Virus record (IMG/VR): IMGVR_UViG_3300034418_006037 | Location: 1 to 64,000 of that record | Source of the DNA: a virus | Strand: one strand, 5' to 3' | DNA: 64,000 nt | In this document: piece by piece, positions 6,630-13,709 of the stretch | How positions within the stretch are numbered: the first letter of the stretch is position 1 | How the letters are laid out: each line of letters opens with the position of its first letter | Program-made: the position numbers and the translations under genes | The notes under the pieces: model-generated | The model's database searches: none | What the model saw: only the letters and a program-made list of their open reading frames with translations | What the model was told of the DNA's origin: nothing

Positions 6630-8473
6630 GTTTCTGAAATATTAGTGTCTGCTTTTAGCAACCCATTCTTGACAATCTTCATGGCTGCTTTCTCCATCAA
6701 TTCTGTCATTTTGGTTGCCCATTCATCTGCTATCTCACGCTTACAGATAGTATCTATCTGGTCGTGGACAGTCATTACAATTTTTACATCATTCTTGTAG
6801 TTCTCTTGTATCTCATCATAGATATAGATGAGAGCTAGTTTAGTCATATCAGCTGATGAGCCTTGAATTGGGGTGTTCTTAGATGCACGTTCGATGGAAC
6901 CTAGTTCCCCCATCATCGTTCTATCATTCCATATTTTCGGATACCAATTGTCGAACCACCTCCTACGCTTGAAGGGAGGCATAGTGGTGATGAAACCGTT
7001 GTGCTTACCGTATCTACCTAGTTTATCTAAGAAGTCTTTGATGTTTGGGAAGGCACTGAAGTATTTCTCTATCAGTTCTTCTGCTTCTTTCTTACTTATA
7101 CTAAGTGTGTCAGCGAGCTTAAAGGGCCCCATTCCATATGCCAACCCGAAATTGATTGTTTTGATTGTTGTTCGAAGGGTTTTACGAAGGTCACCATCAG
7201 CTTCCCTCCACCTTTGTTCAAATACGAGATCTGCACATACTCCATGCAAATCGGCTCCTCTTTCAAGAGCCTCGAGCCACACTGGATCTTGACTTCCATA
7301 CGCTATCACATTCAGTTCCTGTGAAGCGTAATCTGACGAGACAAAGACCCATCCGGACGGAGCAACGAAACAGTTTCTAAAGGTATTATCACTGGGTATC
7401 TGCTGCATGTTCGGCTTGGAACTCGACACTCGTCCAGTATCCAAGATCTGTGAGAAATTTGTGTGGACTCTCCCATCGCAGTTAATATAGTTGAAGAACT
7501 TGGTACCATAGGCATTCGCAAGTTTCGTCCTTTCTTTATACAATATATATTCATCAATCAGTTTGTGTTTGTACCTGTACTTGCTGAGCTTCTTACCGTT
7601 GACATCCTCAAGCTTAGGTACTAAATGTTTAAATAACTCCAAGGTTTGCATGGGTGAGCTCCAGTTTATGGAGGTCTTACGCAACTCTTCTGGGGGAGTA
7701 AACATATCTGCTTGTATTGGTTGTGCATACTTCGCTGCAAGCAAAGGATGTTCCAACACAAGCTTATCTAAGTGTAACTCCTGTTCTCTTGCCAATCTGA
7801 CATTATCCTCTGCCATCTTGGTCCATTTTGTCTCATCAATCATGAGACCCTCGTACTCAATCTCAGCAAATACTTTTACTGCTTTGTTTTCGAGCTTGCT
7901 AACCATCTCAAGCTCGTACGTATGTAGCTGAGACTTCTGAGCCTCCCATATGTCGATGAGATAGACAACGTCCTTCGCACCATAGGTAATCTGATCGACA
8001 TTAAAGGGCGCTCCACGTAAGTCGATGAACTTGTTCCGAACTTCTTTGTCCAAAATGTCACCGCAATACCTTTCGACACATTTGCTGAGAGAATAGCCGT
8101 GGTCTTGCTTACCACAATGAATAACCCTCTCGGCCAGGTAAGTATCGTATATGTTCTCAACGTCGATTTTTCCCCAGTTCTTAATAAACTTATAGTCGAA
8201 CTTGGCGTTGTGGAAGATTTTGATGGTATCTCTATCTTCAAGAACGGTTCTGAGTGGCTCGATTGAGATGTCTCTTGCATCAATTACGTATTGTCGGTCT
8301 TTATCTCCGATCTGCAACATAACCAATTTCTTGCAGGTGAAGTCAAAGCCCTCAGTCTCAGTATCAACACCGAGGACTGACTTCTCCTTACAATATGCCA
8401 CACACTCATCTATGGTCGCTGTCTGGACCTCGTTCAACAAACTCTTCTGTCCTATGAATCTTATGCTGTTCAC
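6617..8473 (-). CDS. polA: DNA polymerase family A with 3'-5' exonuclease
   Basis: ExoI DTET, ExoII HNAKFD, ExoIII YGAKD; TGRVSS, PNMQQIP, DYASQE, KTINFGLAYG, NTPIQG, VHDQ. Confidence 0.96.
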   Translation of the reverse strand: MNSIRFIGQKSLLNEVQTATIDECVAYCKEKSVLGVDTETEGFDFTCKKLVMLQIGDKDRQYVIDARDISIEPLRTVLEDRDTIKIFHNAKFDYKFIKNWGKIDVENIYDTYLAERVIHCGKQDHGYSLSKCVERYCGDILDKEVRNKFIDLRGAPFNVDQITYGAKDVVYLIDIWEAQKSQLHTYELEMVSKLENKAVKVFAEIEYEGLMIDETKWTKMAEDNVRLAREQELHLDKLVLEHPLLAAKYAQPIQADMFTPPEELRKTSINWSSPMQTLELFKHLVPKLEDVNGKKLSKYRYKHKLIDEYILYKERTKLANAYGTKFFNYINCDGRVHTNFSQILDTGRVSSSKPNMQQIPSDNTFRNCFVAPSGWVFVSSDYASQELNVIAYGSQDPVWLEALERGADLHGVCADLVFEQRWREADGDLRKTLRTTIKTINFGLAYGMGPFKLADTLSISKKEAEELIEKYFSAFPNIKDFLDKLGRYGKHNGFITTMPPFKRRRWFDNWYPKIWNDRTMMGELGSIERASKNTPIQGSSADMTKLALIYIYDEIQENYKNDVKIVMTVHDQIDTICKREIADEWATKMTELMEKAAMKIVKNGLLKADTNISETWEK

Positions 8474-8636
8474 CTTGCATAAATATTAGTATCTGTTTAG
8501 CATCCATTAGCGAATAGATGCGACCACGAAAATTAATGCGATCTGAGTTCAATCGCACAGCCTTCTTGATAAGAGTATCAAGTTCATTCATCCCATCATC
8601 TTGCATGACGATGAAGATTTCTTTCATTCTACCCAT
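8406..8636 (-). CDS. hypothetical protein
   Basis: ATG ORF upstream of and overlapping polA. Confidence 0.55.
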   Translation of the reverse strand: MGRMKEIFIVMQDDGMNELDTLIKKAVRLNSDRINFRGRIYSLMDAKQILIFMQGEQHKIHRTEEFVERGPDSDHR

Positions 8637-8658
8637 TGTACATTGCCTAATTGCAGTT

Positions 8659-8699
8659 AAAAAAAAGAAAGCGTAGCGCCTCCTGCTGGGACGCTACGT
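8659..8699 (-). terminator. intrinsic terminator
   Basis: ACGTAGCG...CGCTACGC stem followed by TTTCTTTTTTTT. Confidence 0.8.
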
Positions 8700-8747
8700 T
8701 GATGCTTTCTATACAAATTATGCACTTAGCAGGATATAATGAGGTGC

Positions 8748-9344
8748 TTAGCTAGCAATCTCATTGGAAGCAACCCCAAACGGAGTTGCAGCAGCAGGCT
8801 GAGCTTGTGCAGACTCAGATGCAATAAACGTGTGACTGCAGTTATCTGCAAGCACCAAATCAGTGTGACGATACACAGGCATCTGTGTACCAGTCACGGG
8901 ATTGGTGGCAACAACCACCTCACCAGTCGAAGGGTTGACCTTTGGGGTCTGACTCTTCGAGTAAGGATTCTTATCGAAGTTCTCAGTCACCTGAACAGCG
9001 AGCTGAGTTCCCTCGGGCATGCCGAGCTTCTGATAAAAATCGTCTGCAGTAAAGACAGGACTACCCATAGTCGCGTCACCTTCACGTGACCCGAGGATAG
9101 CAGAAGCCTTGTCTGCATTAAACGAACGAAGGGCAGTCACACGAGTGTGAGTACCAAGAGCCTCAGTGCCCTGTTCCAAACTAATCAACAGCGAATTTGC
9201 GCTGCTTGCATCGTTGGTAGGACGCTCGACTGCCTGTTGAAACTGGACAGTCATTTGGTTCTTGGTGCTGTTCGTATTGAACCACCACTTACGGATGACC
9301 ACTTTGCCCGTGGCCAGGGCGTTCTCATAAGCCGGGTTATTCAT
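8748..9344 (-). CDS. abundant early protein, possibly ssDNA-binding
   Basis: Codon style of a highly expressed gene, flanked by terminators, flexible C-terminal tail; function is inference only. Confidence 0.6.
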   Translation of the reverse strand: MNNPAYENALATGKVVIRKWWFNTNSTKNQMTVQFQQAVERPTNDASSANSLLISLEQGTEALGTHTRVTALRSFNADKASAILGSREGDATMGSPVFTADDFYQKLGMPEGTQLAVQVTENFDKNPYSKSQTPKVNPSTGEVVVATNPVTGTQMPVYRHTDLVLADNCSHTFIASESAQAQPAAATPFGVASNEIAS

Positions 9345-9358
9345 GGCTATGATAAATT

Positions 9359-9394
9359 AAAAGAAAAGAATGGGGACACTTGATGGTAGTCCCC
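9359..9394 (-). terminator. intrinsic terminator
   Basis: GGGGAC...GTCCCC followed by ATTCTTTTCTTTT. Confidence 0.7.
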
Positions 9395-9408
9395 GACACC
9401 AATATCAT

Positions 9409-9945
9409 TCAACGAGGATGACTAACTCGGAAGTTGTTAGTAAGCTCATTGTTCCAAACATGCCGAGTCAATCCGATACCATTGTGGTCACCATCAACCC
9501 CAATTGTGATGTGAGGTATAGGAAGATGCCGTTCGATACCAGGAAACAAAGCCTCCATCTTGTGATGGAACTTCAAGTGATGCTCTCCTGGTTCAATCAT
9601 GTACACAAGAGACTTGCGAAGGCCATCGTCGTATTGCTTCTCAATGATACGCATCTCATCATCGTCTGATATGTGGATGAACCTCTCTAGATACTCATGC
9701 GTAGACATCATGAACTCATTGACTGCATCTATGTAACGAGGCTCAAGAAGCTCACGGTTGGCGTTAATATGCTCACTAATAATCTTACCAGCTTTGTACC
9801 CAAGGATGGTGATGTGAAGCTCCTCTTTTGCTTTGAAGCCCATGCCTTGAGCCTGGTGTCTAAAATGTGGCGTATGAACTCTTGAATGCTTCAAGAGTAC
9901 CAACAGCGTGTGATTCTTATCATCAAAATCAATTTTCTTTTCCAT
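9409..9945 (-). CDS. 2H phosphoesterase (LigT/Acb1-like)
   Basis: Two HxT motifs, LHITILG and PHITIG, ~100 aa apart. Confidence 0.8.
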   Translation of the reverse strand: MEKKIDFDDKNHTLLVLLKHSRVHTPHFRHQAQGMGFKAKEELHITILGYKAGKIISEHINANRELLEPRYIDAVNEFMMSTHEYLERFIHISDDDEMRIIEKQYDDGLRKSLVYMIEPGEHHLKFHHKMEALFPGIERHLPIPHITIGVDGDHNGIGLTRHVWNNELTNNFRVSHPR

Positions 9946-9965
9946 CTGTATTTAGTTTAAGAATA

Positions 9966-10048
9966 GAGCACAGTGTGGAATCGAACCACAATACTTTAAT
10001 AGTGAAAACCGATTCAACTATGATGCTGAAGTATCTCCAAGCTGTGCA
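9966..10048 (-). ncRNA. tRNA-like RNA lacking D stem and canonical anticodon arm
   Basis: Acceptor GCACAG/CTGTGC, T arm TGTGG-TTCGATT-CCACA, TTGG linker, long interrupted helix ATACTT/AAGTAT and ATAG.TGAA/TTCACTAT. Confidence 0.65.
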
Positions 10049-10051
10049 TAA

Positions 10052-10215
10052 AGATGTGTGCTATCCATGAGCTTATTGTTATTAACCTGACGTAAACCCT
10101 ACCCGCAGGCAGTTCTCGGATTCCATTACTCTTCTCCGGTATATAAATAACGTATACTCATCTTGCGTGTACTTGACTGCAGGAGTAATCCTTTGAACCT
10201 GCACGGCACACATCT
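10052..10215 (-). ncRNA. candidate structured ncRNA (~165 nt)
   Basis: Perfect 10-bp closing stem AGATGTGTGC/GCACACATCT; internal TGCAGG/CCTGCA and ATGAGT/GCTCAT; no credible ORF. Confidence 0.55.
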
Positions 10216-10232
10216 GGTCGTGTTTAACTTGA

Positions 10233-10306
10233 CTGTGGAATTACGACCAATACCAACAGCTGCCAGGCATGTTTCAAGAGAGCCTATCCTCCTGCTGATT
10301 CCACAG
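10233..10306 (-). ncRNA. candidate structured ncRNA (~75 nt)
   Basis: 9-bp closing stem CTGTGGAAT/ATTCCACAG in an ORF-free gap. Confidence 0.4.
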
Positions 10307-10472
10307 CAATATTCGCACGGTACATAGCCCGTGACTAACTCATTCTTACCATCAGAATGTAATGAGTCTCCCCATGTGAGACCAAGGGTAATTCACTGTG
10401 TTTACAGATTCATGACGATGACTACAAGGAGCACAATGGCTCCCTGTATCATCAAGATGGCTGTTGACCTCC

Positions 10473-10712
10473 TCACAGCATTCTGAGTTGGTCATTGAGA
10501 TTGTAGACAGAACGCTGTGCTCTGTCTGCAAATCGTACATGGTCAGCGAACTGACCGAGCAACGCTCCTTGGTTCTCACCTGCGTTGTAAAGAATTTTTT
10601 CTCGCACCTCATAAGCAAGCTTCGAGTGAAGCTGTTGCTTTTTGAGTTCAATATCGAGCTGCTTCTCGAGCTCTTGAATTTGTCCTTCTTTTGTTTTGCT
10701 AAGTAAAATCAT
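10473..10712 (-). CDS. hypothetical coiled-coil early protein
   Basis: ATGA overlap with the upstream ORF. Confidence 0.65.
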   Translation of the reverse strand: MILLSKTKEGQIQELEKQLDIELKKQQLHSKLAYEVREKILYNAGENQGALLGQFADHVRFADRAQRSVYNLNDQLRML

Positions 10713-11014
10713 GCTGTATGTTCTTGAAGTTTGTAAGCGATGATGTTGTCGATTTCTGAAAGCTGGTCAGCTATATCTCTAATGAGTTGCTCTGCTTCCT
10801 TGTTGTCATGTACTATGTGCTCAAGACCTTCATGCAGATCTTCTACGATTCCAATGAATTCGTAGTCAGTGTCTTGGTCACTGGCTTGCATTATATCTCT
10901 CCAGATCTTCATTGCCAAGAGCTCGTACTCTTTGAAGTTGAACAGCTTTAGGTTGTTTACATATACCATAGACAATAGGTATACAACACGTTCTGCAAGT
11001 TGTTTAGGTGTCAT
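10709..11014 (-). CDS. hypothetical early protein
   Basis: ATG ORF, helical and acidic. Confidence 0.7.
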   Translation of the reverse strand: MTPKQLAERVVYLLSMVYVNNLKLFNFKEYELLAMKIWRDIMQASDQDTDYEFIGIVEDLHEGLEHIVHDNKEAEQLIRDIADQLSEIDNIIAYKLQEHTA

Positions 11015-11016
11015 GA

Positions 11017-11118
11017 TTAAATGAAGTTGATTGCTACGTAAATCCAGAATGCAACAACAACTACGAGAGCTGTGAATGCATAGCTAGTAAGAATGAAAGT
11101 TTCAGTCTTCTTGTCCAT
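11017..11118 (-). CDS. 33-aa single-pass membrane peptide (not in ORF track)
   Basis: MDKKTETFILTSYAFTALVVVVAFWIYVAINFI*; stop lies 2 nt before the next ATG. Confidence 0.55.
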   Translation of the reverse strand: MDKKTETFILTSYAFTALVVVVAFWIYVAINFI

Positions 11119-11272
11119 ATGTTTGAAAGATCCCCAGCAGCCTCTCGTCAGAGGTGCCAGTTCCGCTCCTAACGGCTTTTCTGTTGCCCCGCTTACGTGG
11201 TAGAGCTTCTAATGTCTCTACTCTTAAGTTGTACGCTGTCGTTGTTCGTCAACGGTGACAAAGGGCGAAGTG

Positions 11273-11316
11273 AAGTATGAAGAGGAATCGAACCTCTTTG
11301 TTAACCATTCATACTT
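11273..11316 (-). ncRNA. tRNA minihelix-like element (acceptor stem + T arm)
   Basis: AAGTATGA-ATGGTTAACAA-AGAGG-TTCGATT-CCTCT-TCATACTT. Confidence 0.65.
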
Positions 11317-11324
11317 GAGTGTGC

Positions 11325-11405
11325 TTACTTGGTTACGTGATATGCAAACAAGAAACACAAGGCCTTTAAAGTGAAGTACATCACTCCTGCTATTGTTGGT
11401 GTCAT
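11325..11405 (-). CDS. 26-aa hydrophobic peptide (not in ORF track)
   Basis: MTPTIAGVMYFTLKALCFLFAYHVTK*; fills the gap between an ORF and the minihelix. Confidence 0.35.
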   Translation of the reverse strand: MTPTIAGVMYFTLKALCFLFAYHVTK

Positions 11406-11419
11406 GTGTAATACAATCA

Positions 11420-11632
11420 TTAGTTACGTTCGAAAGTGAATACGATATTCTGAAGGATAGTAAGGTCCTTGTCTGTCAAGCTTGTATGTTGAGACTGGTA
11501 GTCTAACCAATTCAAAGCTTCGTGCCTCGTTGCGAAGTTGTTGTCAATGAAGTTGGCTATCATCCATGAGCGTGTGTCGTGGTCTTGCAAGTAAGCAAGA
11601 TGTTTGATGATATGAAGAATGAAGTCCATCAT
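11420..11632 (-). CDS. hypothetical early protein
   Basis: ATG ORF with A-rich leader. Confidence 0.6.
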   Translation of the reverse strand: MMDFILHIIKHLAYLQDHDTRSWMIANFIDNNFATRHEALNWLDYQSQHTSLTDKDLTILQNIVFTFERN

Positions 11633-11681
11633 GTGTAATACAATTGAATGTCAATGAATTGATAGCTAAGTGGAAAGAGAT

Positions 11682-11719
11682 AAAAAGTGTGGAGAGTGGC
11701 TATCACCTCACTCTCACAC
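11682..11719 (-). terminator. intrinsic terminator
   Basis: GTGTGAGAGTG...CACTCTCCACAC followed by TTTTT. Confidence 0.7.
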
Positions 11720-11752
11720 ACTAGCCAATACCTCTTGCCCTCGGCAGACCGC

Positions 11753-11917
11753 TTACGCGGCCGCCTCGTCCTCTTGGGCTTTGAGGATGAGGTCGTACAG
11801 AGGTGTGCCCTTCCTGACGAAGCGTGGCTTAGGCACAGTGCCATCGGCATTCAGCTTGGTAGGTTCGGCGACAAGGTACTCCCCGGAAGGAGTAAGTTGG
11901 AAATCAGAAAAGTGCAT
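11753..11917 (-). CDS. 54-aa first gene of the early arm (not in ORF track)
   Basis: MHFSDFQLTPSGEYLVAEPTKLNADGTVPKPRFVRKGTPLYDLILKAQEDEAAA*; followed by a terminator. Confidence 0.65.
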   Translation of the reverse strand: MHFSDFQLTPSGEYLVAEPTKLNADGTVPKPRFVRKGTPLYDLILKAQEDEAAA

Positions 11918-11939
11918 AATGGTGGCGTGGGTTTGACGC

Positions 11940-12019
11940 CGTTAGATAGTAGGGGTCTTGTTTGGTGTAGGTTCACGCTCTCAAAAATTTTATCCCAAAA
12001 ATTTTTTTATCTTAGTAGT
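11940..12019. other. strand-switch region; candidate genome end/packaging or origin region
   Basis: Divergence point of the two arms; CAAAAATTTT occurs twice with T-tracts. Confidence 0.4.
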
Positions 12020-12148
12020 ATGAAAACCACAAGCACTTTTACTCCTAAAGACAAAGTCAATCGACCTGGAATCCATGCTAAGACTAAGACGTCTAAAAAC
12101 AAAAAGTCTAAGCTGTACAAGAAAGCGTACAGGGGTCAAGGCAGGTAG
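12020..12148 (+). CDS. 42-aa basic peptide ending in KxYRGQGR
   Basis: MKTTSTFTPKDKVNRPGIHAKTKTSKNKKSKLYKKAYRGQGR; this C-terminal motif is typical of small aquatic-phage proteins. Confidence 0.75.
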   Translation: MKTTSTFTPKDKVNRPGIHAKTKTSKNKKSKLYKKAYRGQGR

Positions 12149-12168
12149 GGTCACAACCTTAACCTGCA

Positions 12169-12477
12169 ATGAAACTTGATGACGACACAAACTTTGGTAT
12201 TAATATTAAATGGCTAATTCAAATTGTTGGGGGAGTCGGGGGAGCTGTGTGGATATACTTCACAATAATGCAAGCTATCTCTAGCCTTGAGATAGAAACC
12301 CTGCGGCACAATCAAGAGATTGAATTGAATTCTGAGTTCAGAGTCAAGTGGCCAAGAGGAGAGATGGGCAGCCTCCCAGACGATGCTGAGCAGAACCTCA
12401 GGTTAAATCACCTAGAAAGAGATGTAGAACATCTACAAATTTTAGTTGATGAACTACGTCAGAAGAATTGCGATTGA
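12169..12477 (+). CDS. membrane-anchored coiled-coil protein
   Basis: N-terminal TM segment, WPRGEMGSLPDD motif, coiled coil. Confidence 0.7.
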   Translation: MKLDDDTNFGINIKWLIQIVGGVGGAVWIYFTIMQAISSLEIETLRHNQEIELNSEFRVKWPRGEMGSLPDDAEQNLRLNHLERDVEHLQILVDELRQKNCD

Positions 12478-12478
12478 C

Positions 12479-12486
12479 TATATTTG
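12479..12486 (+). promoter_or_regulatory. Bacteroidota -7 promoter element (TATATTTG)
   Basis: TAnnTTTG consensus just before the structured leader. Confidence 0.6.
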
Positions 12487-12495
12487 CATCTAGAA

Positions 12496-12715
12496 ACCTC
12501 AAAGGAGACCGGCCCTGAGGTAACCAGGAAGGGCCTAGACATCGGGTTTTAGTAGGGTACTACCATAGGTATCTGAAAGTCGTCCCCGGTAGTTTCGAAA
12601 AGTGCGATGGTATAAAACTCGGGTGGGAACAAGGCTATAGGCTGAAAGAAATGCCCCCACGTAGGCTAAACACGGCGAGCGGAAATCCATCGTTAGACAC
12701 GAAAACTGAGGGGGA
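12496..12715 (+). ncRNA. candidate pseudoknotted ncRNA/leader upstream of the endolysin
   Basis: H-type pseudoknot ACCTCA/TGAGGT + GGCCC/GGGCC; stems TCGGGTTTTA/TAAAACTCGG, TACCAT/ATGGTA, GTGGG/CCCAC. Confidence 0.55.
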
Positions 12716-12728
12716 AAATTGTATAGTT

Positions 12729-13160
12729 ATGAGAGAAATTAACCGCATTATCATTCATTGCTCAGCTACCCCGGAGGGTAGACATGTAACTGCTGCTACT
12801 ATTCGTGATTGGCATATGAGAAAAGGCTGGTCAGATATCGGGTATCATTATGTTATTGATATTGAGGGATGTATAGAAGCTGGGAGACCGATAGACAAAA
12901 TAGGGGCCCATACTAAAGGTCACAACAAAGACTCTATCGGGATATGTTACATTGGGGGAGTAGCCAAAGAAAAGAATGAGAAAGGTCAGTGGGTAGCTAA
13001 AGACACTATGACTGATCAGCAAGAGCATGCTATGCGTGAGCTCATCTACTCTCTGCGTATGGTGGCAGACAAGCAACTCTCAATACACGGACACAACGAA
13101 TTCGCAAACAAGGCTTGCCCCTCCTTCAAAGTGTCTGAAAAATTCAAAGACATACTATAA
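12729..13160 (+). CDS. N-acetylmuramoyl-L-alanine amidase (T7 lysozyme-like endolysin)
   Basis: IIIHCSAT, GWSDIGYHY, GAH, SIGICYIGG, GHNE, KACPSF; start at MREINRII. Confidence 0.95.
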   Translation: MREINRIIIHCSATPEGRHVTAATIRDWHMRKGWSDIGYHYVIDIEGCIEAGRPIDKIGAHTKGHNKDSIGICYIGGVAKEKNEKGQWVAKDTMTDQQEHAMRELIYSLRMVADKQLSIHGHNEFANKACPSFKVSEKFKDIL

Positions 13161-13170
13161 GTATTTTCTT

Positions 13171-13178
13171 TATATTTG
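13171..13178 (+). promoter_or_regulatory. Bacteroidota -7 promoter element (TATATTTG)
   Basis: TAnnTTTG in the intergenic gap before groES. Confidence 0.6.
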
Positions 13179-13194
13179 CCATAAACCAAGCATT

Positions 13195-13464
13195 ATGGCA
13201 TTTAACTTTCATCCTACCCGTGATTGGGTAGTGCTCCCAATACGAGAGCAAAAAGAAAAGAGCGGTATCCTCCTAGCCGGAGGTGCAGAACGTAGTCTGC
13301 GTAGCAATATCCTAGAGGTAGTAGCTGCTGGTCCTAGTTGTGAAAACATCAAGAAAGGGGACACAGTAATGGTACACCCCACAACCGAAGGTCTAGTGAT
13401 CGAGGTTGATGGGGAAAACTACGTTATGGTCAATGAATTCCAAATCTGCGGTAAGTTTTATTGA
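13195..13464 (+). CDS. groES: co-chaperonin GroES (Cpn10)
   Basis: HPTRDWVV, KSGILL mobile loop, VVAAGP, KKGDTV, IEVDGENYVMVNE. Confidence 0.88.
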   Translation: MAFNFHPTRDWVVLPIREQKEKSGILLAGGAERSLRSNILEVVAAGPSCENIKKGDTVMVHPTTEGLVIEVDGENYVMVNEFQICGKFY

Positions 13465-13709
13465 TGACTGGTACCGTCACCATACCGCTGAAAGACTTCG
13501 ACGAATTACGAGAAGCAAAATCCAAAGCAGACGAGTCTCAGGTAAAATTAACTCGTGCTGCAAAGGAGCTAGAAGTATTTCTATCCTTCCTTGTTACAAG
13601 AGAAAACCTGCAGGAATACGTAGACGAATTCAACAGACAGTCTCAAAGATCCACCATCTCCGTCATAGACGGGAGAGCAAAGATTGCATTCAATGACCCG
13701 AAGAATTAA
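13461..13709 (+). CDS. hypothetical coiled-coil protein
   Basis: TVTIPLKDFDELR motif; coupled to groES. Confidence 0.7.
   Translation: MMTGTVTIPLKDFDELREAKSKADESQVKLTRAAKELEVFLSFLVTRENLQEYVDEFNRQSQRSTISVIDGRAKIAFNDPKN

Noticed and set aside
9966-10306. tmRNA gene
   Set aside because: No G3:U70 alanine determinant, no encoded CCA, and no tag reading frame enclosed by the tRNA-like domain
11139-11155. CTGACGAG (minus strand) resembling a hammerhead ribozyme core
   Set aside because: It lies within a simple hairpin, and I found no correctly placed GAAA/stem II-III arrangement
11629-12190. Track ORFs 11629..11850, 11670..11936, the 5' part of 11687..12148 and 11990..12190
   Set aside because: Better explained by the 54-aa minus-strand gene (11753..11917), its terminator and the 42-aa plus-strand gene starting at 12020
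12651-13194. Extended N-termini of the amidase (12651) and GroES (13027) given by the ORF track
   Set aside because: Family homology begins at 12729 and 13195; the extensions overlap the structured RNA or the upstream gene and promoter
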